Origin: Candidatus Marinacidobacterium sp.
GTDB lineage: Bacteria > Acidobacteriota > Vicinamibacteria > Marinacidobacterales > Marinacidobacteraceae
Assembly: GCA_965204755.1 (NCBI GenBank)
Contig: OZ242011.1
Location: 2,880,001 to 2,944,000 of the forward strand
Reading direction: 5' to 3'
Length of the DNA: 64,000 nucleotides
A model generated the notes under the pieces. That model searched no databases, was not told the DNA's origin, and worked only from the letters and a program-made list of their open reading frames with translations. Each line of letters starts with the position of its first letter. Position 1 is the first letter of the stretch. Made by a program: the position numbers and the translations under genes. Of this stretch, positions 1-10,374 are shown one piece after another.

Positions 1-332
1 CGCACGACTTCGAGCAACGGGAGGACGCCCGGCGCCGGCCCGATCCCGCGCATCACCGGCAGGAGGAGACGGCCCTCGGCGGCGAGACGCGCCGCCTTCG
101 ATGCCGCCCAGCCGTCGTCGAGCCTCCCGCCGCGCCGCCGCGCCGCCTCGGCCCGGCGGTAGGCGCGCCGCAGCGTCCCGAGGTCCGCGAAAGGCGCCGC
201 CGACCCCCGGCCGAGCGACTGCCGCGCCGCCTCGCCGACGATCCGGCGGCGGAGCCCCCGGACGGAGTAGAGGGTTCCGTCCAAGTCGAAGGACACCGCC
301 GCCACCCCGGCCAGCGGATCCGCCCGGTTCAT
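1..332 (-). CDS. HAD-superfamily hydrolase (partial, runs off left edge)
   Basis: Not in ORF track; manual translation from ATG at 332 gives MNRADPLAGVAAVSFDLDGTLYS, i.e. HAD motif I DxDGT. Confidence 0.8.
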   Translation of the reverse strand, partial: MNRADPLAGVAAVSFDLDGTLYSVRGLRRRIVGEAARQSLGRGSAAPFADLGTLRRAYRRAEAARRRGGRLDDGWAASKAARLAAEGRLLLPVMRGIGPAPGVLPLLEVV

Positions 333-380
333 CCGGAGAGGCCCCGCGATCGGGCCGGCCGGCTCTGCCGGCCGCCGCGC

Positions 381-1478
381 CTACTCGCCGCCCGCCATCC
401 GCGAGAACTTGCGGATCATCCGCTGGCGCACCTCGCCGCCGTACACGCTGCCGTCCATCCCCACGGCGATCCCCTCCGGGCCGCTGGTCACCGGCTCGGC
501 GCCGGGTTCGAGGTCCGAGACATCGTCGGGGAGGAAGTGGGTCACCGTCCCGTCCACGGCGCTGCCGATGCGGATGCCCCGGGAAAAGCCCGGATTCGCC
601 TCGGAGGTGGACTCGGAATCCGCCACATAGATCGTGTCGTCGGCGGTGATGAACACCCCGCTCGGCCGCCCGAACTGCAGCCACTCGGCGATGAAGCCGC
701 CGTCCCGGTCGAGCACCTGGACCCGGTTGTTCCCCCGGTCGCCCACGAAGAGCCGTCCCCCGGAGTCCATCGCCAGCGCGTGCGGGTCGCGGAACTGCCC
801 CGGCCCGGTCCCGGTCTCGCCGAACGCCCCCAGGAACTCGCCCTCCGGGGAGAACTTCTGGATCCGGTTGTTGCCGCCGGAGTTGTGGCCGTCGGCCACG
901 AAGATCGTCCCGTCGGGGGCCACCAGGACATCCGAAGGCATGTTGAACTGTCCCTCGGCGTCGCCCGGGCTCCCGGCCTCGCCGAGCCGCAGCAGCACCT
1001 CGCCCTCGCGGCTGAACTTGAGCACCTGGTGCCCTTTCCCTTCGGGGGCGCAGCGGTTGTCGAACCCGCAGGCGTCGGTGACCCAGAGGTTCCCCTCGCG
1101 GTCCACGAACATGCCGTGCGGCCAGGAGATCAGCCCCGCGCCGAAACTGCGGACCGCTTCCCCTTCGGGCGTGAACAGGACGATCGGGTCCACTTCGGGG
1201 CGGTCGCCGCAGTAGTTCTGGCCGCACCGCTCCGCGGTCCAGATGTTCCCGTCGGCGGCGGGGTAGATCGCGCTGATCGAACCGAAGGCGCGGTCGCCGG
1301 GAAGGTCGCCCCACATCGGCGCCGCGGTGAAGGGGTTCGGGTAGTCGTCGTTCACGGAGACCTGGGCCTCGGGGGCCGGCTCCGGGGCGGCGCCCCCGCC
1401 GCAGGCGAGGGGCCCGAGCGCGGCGGCCGCGGCGAGAAGCAGGGTGGGGCCGAAGTGGCGGCGGCGGTCGGTGGCCAT
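381..1478 (-). CDS. NHL-repeat beta-propeller lipoprotein (peptidyl-alpha-hydroxyglycine lyase-like)
   Basis: Start MATDRRR, lipobox LAC, repeated NHL units (FNMPSDVLVAPDGTIFVADG, FRDPHALAMDSGGRLFVGDRGNNRVQV). Confidence 0.8.
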   Translation of the reverse strand: MATDRRRHFGPTLLLAAAAALGPLACGGGAAPEPAPEAQVSVNDDYPNPFTAAPMWGDLPGDRAFGSISAIYPAADGNIWTAERCGQNYCGDRPEVDPIVLFTPEGEAVRSFGAGLISWPHGMFVDREGNLWVTDACGFDNRCAPEGKGHQVLKFSREGEVLLRLGEAGSPGDAEGQFNMPSDVLVAPDGTIFVADGHNSGGNNRIQKFSPEGEFLGAFGETGTGPGQFRDPHALAMDSGGRLFVGDRGNNRVQVLDRDGGFIAEWLQFGRPSGVFITADDTIYVADSESTSEANPGFSRGIRIGSAVDGTVTHFLPDDVSDLEPGAEPVTSGPEGIAVGMDGSVYGGEVRQRMIRKFSRMAGGE

Positions 1479-1572
1479 GGCGTTCGCTCCTTGCTCCGCC
1501 GATCCCGGCGGAACCGGGCATTCTACGGAGGGGCGCCCTCGCCGCGGGCCGCCGGGGCCGGGCGCCGGCCGG

Positions 1573-2283
1573 CTACCCGGCGGGCGGCTCCCGTTCGCTG
1601 ACCGACAGGACCACCACATAGTCGATCAGCGGGATGCGCCCGGAGCGCGGCGCCGGCGCCACTTCGTGCGCCCGGATCTCGAAGTTCGCGAAGTTCCCGG
1701 CGCCGGACCCCCCGTCGTCGATGCGGAGCCGCACGGCGCCCTGCCGCTCGCGGTCTTCGACTTCGAGGTCGAGTTCGACATAGCCGGGCGCGTCGCAGGG
1801 CGCCGCGGCGCATCTCCCGTCGAGCCCGACGGAGCCGATGGACACATACAGGTAGTTCGTCGGCCCGATCACCAGGCCGAGTTCCCCGGCGCGCAGCGGG
1901 AAGCGGACGCCGGCTTCCGCGCGGAAGTCCGCCGCCGGCAGCGAGGGGGTCGCCGCGGTGTTGCACGCCGCGGTGAGCCCCGCCCCGAGGGCCACGAGAC
2001 CGACCGCCGCCCGCAACAGCCCGCGGCGAAAGTCCGGGACGCGCTCGTCGGCGCGAAGCGCCGACCGGGGAGGGGTGCGGGGAGGGGGCGCCCCCCTCCC
2101 CGCGATAGATGGCGGGGGGAATCGCGCAGCGATTCGCGCCGCCGGCCCGGGGGAAGACCGCCCCGCCACGGCGCCGAACGGGGAATTCGCATCCCCGGGT
2201 CGGGGAGTGGAGGGCGGGGCGCTCTTTCCCCGGGCTGCAAGGACCCGGAGGGAAGCGCGCCGGGAGGGCGGAACTCCGTACAT
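1573..2283 (-). CDS. Hypothetical lipoprotein with in-frame MITE inside the signal-peptide region
   Basis: TAGAAT -10-like hexamer 11 nt upstream of ATG 2283; hydrophobic stretch and lipobox LTAAC; paired Cys in the mature part. Confidence 0.55.
   Translation of the reverse strand: MYGVPPSRRASLRVLAARGKSAPPSTPRPGDANSPFGAVAGRSSPGPAARIAARFPPPSIAGRGAPPPRTPPRSALRADERVPDFRRGLLRAAVGLVALGAGLTAACNTAATPSLPAADFRAEAGVRFPLRAGELGLVIGPTNYLYVSIGSVGLDGRCAAAPCDAPGYVELDLEVEDRERQGAVRLRIDDGGSGAGNFANFEIRAHEVAPAPRSGRIPLIDYVVVLSVSEREPPAG
2017..2237. mobile_element. 221-bp MITE-like element, copy 1
   Basis: Imperfect terminal inverted repeats (CAGCCCGCGGCGAAAG ... CTTTCCCCGGGCTG), internal hairpins, same-length inverted copy at 35027-35247. 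Confidence 0.75.
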
Positions 2284-2344
2284 CGCTGCCGGGGATTCTA
2301 GGAAGCGGGCGGCGCCGGGGAGTCGGCGGCGGGCCGGCGGGCGG

Positions 2345-3448
2345 TCACCCTTCGTCGTCGAGGCGGGCGACTTCGTCGCGCTCGAAGACCGGCAGGTCGC
2401 GCCGGGCCGAGCCGCGCACCAGCCGCAGCCCCTCCGACCGGCGGACGAACTGGCCGATCACGAACCCGGGGCCGCCGGCGGCCTCGAGCCGCTCCAGCAG
2501 GTCGTCCACCGACCCTTCGGCGCAGGCGACCAGCAGCGCCCCGGAGCCGACGGCGCCCAGGATGTCCAGCGAGAAGCGCTTCATCAGCCGCTTGGATTCG
2601 TAGAACCGGGGGATCTCGGTCTCCGCCACCGCGACTCCCAACTCGGCCCGGTCCGCCATCTCCCGGACGGCGGTGGCGACCCCGCCCTCGGTCACATCGT
2701 GCATCGCGGTCACCCCCGGCGTCCCGGCGGCGGCCCGCGCCTCCGCCACCACGGAGAGGCCCGGGTCCCGGACGAACCGGGCGCACCGGGCGCGGAACTC
2801 CTCCCCGAAGGCGCGGGCCACCTCCCCGGCGCGGCTCTCGGCGATCACCGCGGTGGCCTCGATGGCGATGCCCCGGGTGATGACCAGCATGTCCCCGAGG
2901 CGCGCCCCGCCGGTCGGCTTGACGCGCTCCGGGGCGGCGGTCCCCACCATCGCCCCCGCCACCACGATCCGGGAGACGGCCGGGGTGATCTCGGTGTGGC
3001 CGCCGGCCGGGACCGCGCCCACTTCCCGGCAGGCCCCGGCGACCTCCTCCGCCACCCGCCGCAGTTGTTCCTCGCCGGTTCCCGGCGGGGCGAGCAGCGA
3101 GGAGAGGAACCACTTCGGCTCCCCGCCGGTCGCCGCCACATCGTTCGCGTTCACGATCACCGCGTGCCGCCCGGGTTCGTCGGTGGGGAAGGTGATCGGG
3201 TCCGCCGCCATCACCACCCGCGGCGCCCCTTCGCCGTCCGCGCCCCCCTCCGCGCCCCCGACCGGAGCGACCCGGGCGACCGCCGCGTCCTCCCCCGCCG
3301 CCGGCCCGATCTCCAGCCCCCCGCCGCCGGGCCCGCCGTCCGGGCCCGCCCCCGACACCCGCGCCAGCCGCTCGAGCACCGCGTCCAGCACCCGCCGCGG
3401 GACCTTCCCCTCCGGGAGTTCGCCGCCCCGCTCCGGCCCCTCCGCCAT
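2345..3448 (-). CDS. AIR synthase-related protein (PurM/HypE/ThiL family)
   Basis: GEDAAV, DPITF, NANDVAATGG, GGHTEIT, MHDVTEGG motifs; TATTCT -10-like hexamer 7 nt before ATG. Confidence 0.85.
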   Translation of the reverse strand: MAEGPERGGELPEGKVPRRVLDAVLERLARVSGAGPDGGPGGGGLEIGPAAGEDAAVARVAPVGGAEGGADGEGAPRVVMAADPITFPTDEPGRHAVIVNANDVAATGGEPKWFLSSLLAPPGTGEEQLRRVAEEVAGACREVGAVPAGGHTEITPAVSRIVVAGAMVGTAAPERVKPTGGARLGDMLVITRGIAIEATAVIAESRAGEVARAFGEEFRARCARFVRDPGLSVVAEARAAAGTPGVTAMHDVTEGGVATAVREMADRAELGVAVAETEIPRFYESKRLMKRFSLDILGAVGSGALLVACAEGSVDDLLERLEAAGGPGFVIGQFVRRSEGLRLVRGSARRDLPVFERDEVARLDDEG

Positions 3449-3470
3449 GACGCCGAGAATACCCGCCACC

Positions 3471-3518
3471 ATCGGCCCCCGGATCGGCCCCCCGATCGGC
3501 CCCCGGATCGGCCCCCGG
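3471..3518. repeat. 12-bp tandem repeat ATCGGCCCCC(G/C)G x4 in divergent promoter region
   Basis: Read directly. Confidence 0.85.
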
Positions 3519-3544
3519 CCGGGTAATCTCTCCCGCCCCCGCCC

Positions 3545-4912
3545 ATGCGACTCGTCGTCCTGGGGGCGGGCCAGATGGGGGAGCACCTGCTCCAGGAACT
3601 CATCCGGCTGCCCCGCCGCCTCGACATCACCCTGATCGAGAAGGACGCCCACAGCGAGCACCTGCTCAGCCGGTTCGACATCGGCTTCGCCCAGGGCGAC
3701 GCCCGGGTCCCGTCGGTGCTCAGCCAGCACTGCGCCGACGCCGATGTGCTGTTCGCCCTCACGAACGACGACGCGACGAACCTGCTCGCCGCCCTCACCG
3801 CGACCGACTCGGCGATCGGCGTCCAACGCGCGGTCGTCCGCCTGAGCGACGCCCGGCACTTGGAGAACCCGCTGCTCCGGGACGGCGACCGGAAGTCCAA
3901 GATCGACGCCATCCTGCCGGAGGAACGGGTCGCCGAGGAGATCCTGGGCCTGATCCGGCTGCCCGGGGCGAAGTCGGTCCGGTCGTTCGGCGGCGGCGAC
4001 CTGGTGCTGCTGCGGGCGGCGCCGACCAACCCGGAAGTCTTCGACCGCCCCCTCGCCGGGATCCGGGCCGCCCCCCGGGGCTGGATCCTCACCGGCATCC
4101 TCCGCGCCGCCGAGGCCGGCCGGCTGGAGATCCCCCGGGGCCGGAGCCGGGTCCGGGCCGGGGACGAAGTGTTCGCGGTGGGGCCGGCGTCCATGGCGCC
4201 GGACTTCCTGAAGTTGCTGGGACTCCAGCAGCCGCCGGCCCAGCGCGTGGTGGTCGCCGGGCTCGGCCAGGTGGGGCAGCGGCTGAGCCGGATGCTGGTG
4301 GATTCCGGGGTCGAGGTAACCACGATCAAGCGCCCCTCGAACCCGGCGGTCTCGCCGGCCTCGGTCAGCATCCTGGGCGACGCCACCCACGAACACATCC
4401 TCCAGGAGGCGATGGTCGAGGACGCGGACTTCTTCGTCGCGGCGACCGACGCCGACGAAGTGAACTTCATGGCGGCGCACCTGGCCAAGCAGTTGGGCGC
4501 CCGCCGGACGATCGCCCTCCACAACCGCCACGACTTCAACGATGTGATGCGGGCGGTCGGCGTGGACCACCCGATCTCCCCGGCGGTCATCACCGCCGGC
4601 GCGCTCCTGCGCCCGCTCCACTCCCGCGCCACGGTGCGGCTGGACTGGGTGGAGGGCGGCGGCGAACTGGCGGAGTTCCGGGTCGCCGACGGCAGCCCGG
4701 CCACCGAGCGCCCGCTCCGCGACCTCGGCATCCCCCACTCCTCCATCGTCGGCGAAGTCGTCCGCGACGGGGTGGGCGCCTTCGTCCCCGACGGCGACAC
4801 CCGGTTCCTCGGGGGGGACCGGGTCGCGGTGTTCCTGGAACAGGGCGGGAACGGCGCCGAGCCCGAGCCGCTGTGCGAACTCGAGGAAGTGTTCGGCCTC
4901 AGCCGGGACTGA
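3545..4912 (+). CDS. trkA: Trk potassium uptake NAD-binding subunit
   Basis: Two RCK_N/RCK_C repeats with GAGQMG and GLGQVG Rossmann motifs; adjacent to trkH. Confidence 0.9.
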   Translation: MRLVVLGAGQMGEHLLQELIRLPRRLDITLIEKDAHSEHLLSRFDIGFAQGDARVPSVLSQHCADADVLFALTNDDATNLLAALTATDSAIGVQRAVVRLSDARHLENPLLRDGDRKSKIDAILPEERVAEEILGLIRLPGAKSVRSFGGGDLVLLRAAPTNPEVFDRPLAGIRAAPRGWILTGILRAAEAGRLEIPRGRSRVRAGDEVFAVGPASMAPDFLKLLGLQQPPAQRVVVAGLGQVGQRLSRMLVDSGVEVTTIKRPSNPAVSPASVSILGDATHEHILQEAMVEDADFFVAATDADEVNFMAAHLAKQLGARRTIALHNRHDFNDVMRAVGVDHPISPAVITAGALLRPLHSRATVRLDWVEGGGELAEFRVADGSPATERPLRDLGIPHSSIVGEVVRDGVGAFVPDGDTRFLGGDRVAVFLEQGGNGAEPEPLCELEEVFGLSRD

Positions 4913-4964
4913 CGGCCGTCCCCGCTTCGTGACCCCGGGTCCGGCGCGGGCGGCCGCCGGAGGG

Positions 4965-5010
4965 CCGCCGGCCCGCCCGCCGGCCCGCCCGCCGGCCCGT
5001 CCGACGGCCG
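4965..5010. repeat. 12-bp tandem repeat CCGCCGGCCCGC x~3.5
   Basis: Read directly between trkA and trkH. Confidence 0.6.
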
Positions 5011-5050
5011 CCGGCCCCCTCCCCGGAGTCTCCCGCGAGGGCCGCCCCGC

Positions 5051-6592
5051 ATGAAGCGCGTCGAGACCCTCGCGCTCCTCGGCCGGCTCTCCGGCGCCTT
5101 CGGCGCGGCGCTCCTCGTGCCGCTCGCCGCGGCGTTCCACTACCGGGAGTCCGCCTGGCTGGCCTTCGCCCTGCCGTCGGCGCTCGGCCTGTTCTTCGGT
5201 TTCCTCTCCCGGCGCGTCCCGCTCGAGTCCGCCGACCGGGCCGGCGCCCGGGGCGGGCCCAAGGTCTATCTCTTCGTCGTCCTCGCCTGGGTGCTCGCGG
5301 TGCTCTTCGCCGCGCTCCCCTACCTGGCGTTCTTCGGCCCCGCCTTCGCGGTGGACGCGGTCTTCGAGTCCGCCTCCGGCATCTCCACCACCGGCGCCAC
5401 CATCTTCGCGGAAGTCGAGTCGCTCCCCCGCTCGCTGCTGCTCTGGCGGGCGCTCACCCAGTGGCTCGGCGGGCTGGGCATCGTGATCCTGTTCGTCCTG
5501 GTCCTCGGCCGCCGGCACTGGGGCGTGGATGTGCTGACCGCCGAGGCGCCGGGGCCGACCGTCGAGAAGACCGAGCCGCGCATCGTCGAGACCGCCCGCG
5601 ACACCGTGCTGGTGGGGGCGGCGCTCACCGCCGTCCTGGTCGTGGTGCTCCTGCTGCTCGACATGCCGGCGTTCGACGCGGTCTGCCACGCCCTCACCAC
5701 CCTCGCCACCGGGGGCTTTTCCTCCCGGAACGCCGGGCTCGGCGCCTTCGGGCCGGCGATCCAGTGGACGATCACCGGCTTCATGCTGCTGGGCGGCGTC
5801 CGCTTCGCCATCCACATCTACGGCGTCCGCCGGATGGTCCGGCGGCTCGGCCGGCTCTGGCAGCGCCTGCGCGGCGTCCGCCGGCCCAAGATCTCCGCCC
5901 CGCCCCTGGCCAGTTACTTCGGCGACCCCGAACTGCGGCTCTATCTCGGCATCGCCGCCCTCGCCACCGGAACCCTGTTCGCCACCCGGCTCGCCGCCGG
6001 GGAAGACGCCGCCGAGGGGCTCCGCCACGCCGCGTTCCAGGCGGTCGCGGTCATCACCACCACCGGGTACCACACCGTGGACTACAACGGCTGGTCGGAC
6101 CTGGCGCGCCTGTCGCTGCTCCTCCTGATGTTCGTCGGCGGCTGCGTGGGCTCCACCGCCGGCTCCGTCAAGGTGCTGCGCTGGGTGATCCTCCTGCGGA
6201 AGGTCCCGCTGGCGGTCCGCGCGGTCACCCAGCCGCACACCGAACTGGTGGTGCGGGTCGGGGAGCGGGTGATCCCGGCGTCCCTGAGCGGCGCCGTCGG
6301 CGAGTTCGTGCTGTTCTTCGTGGGGATCGCGGCGGCGGCCTCGCTGGCGCTGGTCGCGATGGGCGTCGACCCGCTGACGGCGGTCAGCGCGGCGGCGGCG
6401 AGCGTGACCAATGTGGGCCCGGGGCTCGGCGCGGTCGGCCCCGCCGCCAGTTACGGCGGGCTGCCGGCGGCGGCGAAACTGCTCCTCTCCGCCCTCATGA
6501 TCGTCGGCCGGCTGGAAGTGGTCACGGTGGCGGTGCTCCTCCTCGGGCCGTTGCACTCGCTGCGCTTCCGGCTGCGCTCGCTGTTGGGCTGA
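5051..6592 (+). CDS. trkH: Trk potassium uptake membrane subunit
   Basis: Pore-loop motifs FESASGISTTGAT, ATGGFS, TTTGY, GSTAG, NVGPG, MIVGRLE. Confidence 0.92.
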   Translation: MKRVETLALLGRLSGAFGAALLVPLAAAFHYRESAWLAFALPSALGLFFGFLSRRVPLESADRAGARGGPKVYLFVVLAWVLAVLFAALPYLAFFGPAFAVDAVFESASGISTTGATIFAEVESLPRSLLLWRALTQWLGGLGIVILFVLVLGRRHWGVDVLTAEAPGPTVEKTEPRIVETARDTVLVGAALTAVLVVVLLLLDMPAFDAVCHALTTLATGGFSSRNAGLGAFGPAIQWTITGFMLLGGVRFAIHIYGVRRMVRRLGRLWQRLRGVRRPKISAPPLASYFGDPELRLYLGIAALATGTLFATRLAAGEDAAEGLRHAAFQAVAVITTTGYHTVDYNGWSDLARLSLLLLMFVGGCVGSTAGSVKVLRWVILLRKVPLAVRAVTQPHTELVVRVGERVIPASLSGAVGEFVLFFVGIAAAASLALVAMGVDPLTAVSAAAASVTNVGPGLGAVGPAASYGGLPAAAKLLLSALMIVGRLEVVTVAVLLLGPLHSLRFRLRSLLG

Positions 6593-6673
6593 CCCTCGGG
6601 CTGAGCCTCGGGCTGACCCTCCCGCCGCGCGGCTGATCCTCCCGCCGCCCGGCTGATCCTCCCGCCGCGCGGC
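6587..6673. repeat. Degenerate tandem repeats GGCTGA(C/T/G)CCTC(CCGCCGC)
   Basis: Five GGCTGAnCCTC units read directly. Confidence 0.6.
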
Positions 6674-6688
6674 GGCCGCGCGCGCCCC

Positions 6689-6694
6689 TACAAT
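6689..6694 (+). promoter_or_regulatory. Sigma70 -10 element (TACAAT), probable leaderless acs transcript
   Basis: TACAAT 9 nt upstream of acs ATG, no Shine-Dalgarno. Confidence 0.5.
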
Positions 6695-6703
6695 CCGCCG
6701 CCG

Positions 6704-8686
6704 ATGAGCGACGACCGGAGCGAGGAGGCGGCCGGGGGAGGCGCCGCCGCCCCGGAGATCGAGGTCCTCCTCGACGAGCGGCGCTCCTACCCGCCCCCGG
6801 AGGCCTTCCGCGCCGCCGCCCGCGTCCGCGACCCGGGCATCTACGACCGGGCGGAGGCCGACCCGGAGGCCTTCTGGGCGGAGCACGCCGGGAACCTGGT
6901 CTGGAGCCGGAAGTGGGACCGGGTGCTGGACTGGAAGCCCCCCTTCGCCCGGTGGTTCGTCGGCGGCCGGCTGAACGCCAGCGTCAACTGCCTCGACCGC
7001 CACCTGGAGGCCGGCCGCGGCGACCGCCCCGCCTTCCACTGGGAGGGGGAGCCCGGTGACCGGCGGACGCTCACCTACGCCGACCTCCACCGCGAGGTCT
7101 GCCGCTTCGCGAACGCGCTGCGCGGGCTGGGCGTCGGCAAGGGCGACCGCGTCGCGATCTACCTCCCGATGATCCCGGAACTGCCGATCGCCATGCTGGC
7201 CTGCGCCCGCATCGGCGCGCCGCACAGCGTGGTCTTCGCCGGCTTCTCCGCGCAGTCGCTCCGCGACCGCATCGAGGACGCCGAGGCGAAGGTGCTCGTC
7301 ACCGCCGACGGGGGCCACCGCCGCGGCGGGATCGTGCCGCTCAAGGCGATCAGCGACGAGGCGCTCGAAGGCGCCACCCCGGTGCGGTCGGTGGTCGTCG
7401 CGCGGCGGACCGGCGAAGAGGTCCCGATGGTGGCCGGGCGCGACCACGACTGGGCGGCGCTCGTCGCCGACGCCCCCGACGCCGCCGAACCCGAGGAGAT
7501 GGACTCCGAGGATGTCCTCTACATCCTCTACACCTCCGGCACCACCGGGAAACCCAAGGGCATCGTCCACACCACCGGCGGCTACCTCACCGGCGTCACC
7601 GCCACCGCGCGCGCCGTCTTCGACCTCCGGGACGACGACATCTGGTGGGCGGCGGCGGACATCGGCTGGGTCACCGGCCACTCCTACATCGTGTACGGCC
7701 CGCTGGCGCTGGGCGTGACCCAGGTGCTCTACGAAGGCGCGCCGGACTGGCCGAAGCGCGACCGGCTCTGGGAACTGGTCGAGCGCTACCGGGTGACCTG
7801 CTTCTACACCGCGCCCACCGCCATCCGCGCCTTCATGAAGTGGGGCGAGGAGCACCCGGCCGGCCGCGACCTCTCTTCGCTCCGCCTGCTCGGCACGGTG
7901 GGCGAGCCGATCAACCCCGAAGCCTGGGTCTGGTACCACCGCGAGATCGGCGGCGGCCGCTGCCCGGTGGTGGACACCTGGTGGCAGACGGAGACCGGGA
8001 TGATCATGGCGGCGCCGCTCCCCGGCCTGACCACGCTGAAACCGGGCTCGGCGACGCACGCCTTCCCGGGGGTCGCGCTGGACATCCTCGACCGCGCCGG
8101 GCGCCGGGTGGAAGTCGGCGGCGGGCTGCTGGCGATCACGCGGCCCTGGCCGGCGATGCTGCGGGGGATCTGGGGGGACGAAGCGAGGTACCGCGAGACC
8201 TACTGGAGCCGCTGGCCGGACCTCTACTTCCCGGCGGACGGCGCCCGGCGCGACGAGGACGGCTACTTCTGGATCATGGGCCGGGTGGACGATGTGCTCA
8301 ATGTCTCCGGCCACCGCCTCGGCGCGGCGGAGATCGAGAGCGCGCTGGTGGAGCACGCGGCGGTCGCAGAAGCCGCGGTGGTCGGCCGCCCGCACGAGAT
8401 CAAGGGCGAGGGCATCGCCGCCTTCGTCGTCCTGCGCGAAGGGGTGGAGGCGAGTTCGGGGCTCGCGAAGGAATTGAAGGCGCACGCCGCTTCCGCGATC
8501 GGCCCGATCGCCCGCCCCGACGACCTGCTGTTCGCCGCCGATGTCCCGAAGACCCGTTCCGGGAAGATCATGCGGCGGCTGCTGCGGGACATCGCCGCCG
8601 GCAAGGCGGTCGGCGACACCACCACGCTCGCCGACCCGGCGGTCGTGGCCCGGCTCAAGGAGGAGTACGGCGATGACGACGAGTGA
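6704..8686 (+). CDS. acs: Acetyl-CoA synthetase
   Basis: [31 protein letters not shown] motifs; 660 aa. Confidence 0.97.
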   Translation: MSDDRSEEAAGGGAAAPEIEVLLDERRSYPPPEAFRAAARVRDPGIYDRAEADPEAFWAEHAGNLVWSRKWDRVLDWKPPFARWFVGGRLNASVNCLDRHLEAGRGDRPAFHWEGEPGDRRTLTYADLHREVCRFANALRGLGVGKGDRVAIYLPMIPELPIAMLACARIGAPHSVVFAGFSAQSLRDRIEDAEAKVLVTADGGHRRGGIVPLKAISDEALEGATPVRSVVVARRTGEEVPMVAGRDHDWAALVADAPDAAEPEEMDSEDVLYILYTSGTTGKPKGIVHTTGGYLTGVTATARAVFDLRDDDIWWAAADIGWVTGHSYIVYGPLALGVTQVLYEGAPDWPKRDRLWELVERYRVTCFYTAPTAIRAFMKWGEEHPAGRDLSSLRLLGTVGEPINPEAWVWYHREIGGGRCPVVDTWWQTETGMIMAAPLPGLTTLKPGSATHAFPGVALDILDRAGRRVEVGGGLLAITRPWPAMLRGIWGDEARYRETYWSRWPDLYFPADGARRDEDGYFWIMGRVDDVLNVSGHRLGAAEIESALVEHAAVAEAAVVGRPHEIKGEGIAAFVVLREGVEASSGLAKELKAHAASAIGPIARPDDLLFAADVPKTRSGKIMRRLLRDIAAGKAVGDTTTLADPAVVARLKEEYGDDDE

Positions 8687-10334
8687 GAGGCGCGGGAGCG
8701 CGGGTTCGCGGCCGAAGGCGAAGGGCGGGGGCCGGAAGGCCGCGTCGCGTTCTTCGCGTTCGCCGCGTTCGAAGAAGTCGTCGGGTTCGGCGGGGTTCGA
8801 TCCGCAGGGGGCGGGGCCGAAGCGCTACGACCCGGCCGTCGCGGAGCCGCTGCCGATGGAGGCCGGGGCTTCCTTCCCGGAGACCGCCGGACGGCTGCGC
8901 GTTTTCCTGTTCGACGACGACCTCGACCTCGGCGGCGAGCCCGGCCGCGAGTGGGCGCGGGACTTCTGCGGGAGCGCTCGCCGGCTCTACTCGAACTCGA
9001 AGGTCAAGAAGGAGATCGCGCTCCACGGCGGCGAAGGCCCCTCGGCGGTGGCCTTCCACACGCGGGCGGTTTCCGACTACCCGCTCCACGACCGGGTCCG
9101 CATCCTGGCCGCCCGCGCGGTGAACCACGCGAGGGCGTTCGGGTATTCCGAAGCGGTGTTCGTCCTCCGGGGCGGGGACGGGCCGGGGTTCGTCGGGCCG
9201 GCGGCGGAGGGCGCGGCGCTCGGCGCGTACCGTTTCAACCGCTACCGGAAGGAGGCTTCGGACTCGTCGTCCGGACGGGTCGCCGCCGCGCGTTTCGTCG
9301 TCGCCGAGGAGGCGGTGGAGGAGGCGTCGGGGGCGGTGGAGCGGGCGCGTCGGCTCGCCCGCGAAGTGAACCGCGCCCGGGACCTCATCAACGAACCCGG
9401 CGAAGTCGTTACGCCGGAAGCGCTGGCGGAGGAAGCCCGCGTCCTGGCGCGCGAGTCCGGCCTGGAAGTCCAAGTCTGGAACGAGGACGCCCTGCGCGCC
9501 GAGGGCTATCCGGGCCTCATCTCGGTAGGGCAGGGGAGCCCCCGGCCGCCGCGCCTGATCGTCCTCCGCCACCGTCCGAAAGGCGCCGCTAGCGGTTCCT
9601 CCGGTCGGCATCTCGCCCTCGTCGGCAAGGGCATCACCTTCGACACCGGCGGGATTTCGCTGAAACCCCCGTCGGGCATGTGGACGATGAAAGGCGACAT
9701 GTCCGGCGCCGCCGCCGTGCTGCGCGCCATGTCCGCCGTCGCCCGCGCCGGCGTCCCGGCGACGGTGACCGGGATCGTCGCCGCCGCGGAGAACTATGTG
9801 GGGCCCGAGGCCACCCGCCCCGGCGACATCTTCGTCGCCCGGAACGGCAAGTCGGTCATGGTGGACAACACCGACGCCGAGGGCCGGCTCGTGCTGACCG
9901 ACGCGCTCGCCCGCGCCGGGGAAGAGGGCGCCACCCACATCGTGGACGCCGCCACCCTGACCGGCGCGGCGGTCCGCGCGCTGGGAATCGGCGTGGCCGC
10001 GGCGCTGGGCAACGACGCGGACTGGGTGCGCGAAGTGATCGCCGCCGGCGAACCCCACGGCGAGGTCTTCTGGGAGTTGCCGCTGGTGGCGGAATACCGG
10101 GACGAACTCCGCTGCGACTCCGCCGACCTGAAGAACATCGGGGGAATCAACGCGGGGACGATCACCGCGGCGCTCTTCCTCGAGGAGTTCGTGCCGGACG
10201 GCGCCCGCTGGGCGCACTTGGACATCGCCGGCCCGTTCCTCGTGGAAAAGCCTTGGAAGTACTACCCGAAGGGCGCCACCGGCTTCGGCGTCCGCGCCCT
10301 CTACGAAGTCGCCGCCCGTTTCGCGGCGGACTGA
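8673..10334 (+). CDS. pepA: Leucyl aminopeptidase (M17)
   Basis: [35 protein letters not shown]; AGGAG RBS before ATG 8673. Confidence 0.93.
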   Translation: MTTSERRGSAGSRPKAKGGGRKAASRSSRSPRSKKSSGSAGFDPQGAGPKRYDPAVAEPLPMEAGASFPETAGRLRVFLFDDDLDLGGEPGREWARDFCGSARRLYSNSKVKKEIALHGGEGPSAVAFHTRAVSDYPLHDRVRILAARAVNHARAFGYSEAVFVLRGGDGPGFVGPAAEGAALGAYRFNRYRKEASDSSSGRVAAARFVVAEEAVEEASGAVERARRLAREVNRARDLINEPGEVVTPEALAEEARVLARESGLEVQVWNEDALRAEGYPGLISVGQGSPRPPRLIVLRHRPKGAASGSSGRHLALVGKGITFDTGGISLKPPSGMWTMKGDMSGAAAVLRAMSAVARAGVPATVTGIVAAAENYVGPEATRPGDIFVARNGKSVMVDNTDAEGRLVLTDALARAGEEGATHIVDAATLTGAAVRALGIGVAAALGNDADWVREVIAAGEPHGEVFWELPLVAEYRDELRCDSADLKNIGGINAGTITAALFLEEFVPDGARWAHLDIAGPFLVEKPWKYYPKGATGFGVRALYEVAARFAAD

Positions 10335-10374
10335 CCGCGTCCCGCGGCCGCTCGGGGCCGCGGGAGGGCTCGGA

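Noticed and set aside
3449-8485. 2046-aa minus-strand ORF (2345-8485)
   Set aside because: Antisense shadow of trkA/trkH/acs in high-GC DNA; only 2345-3448 has protein motifs.
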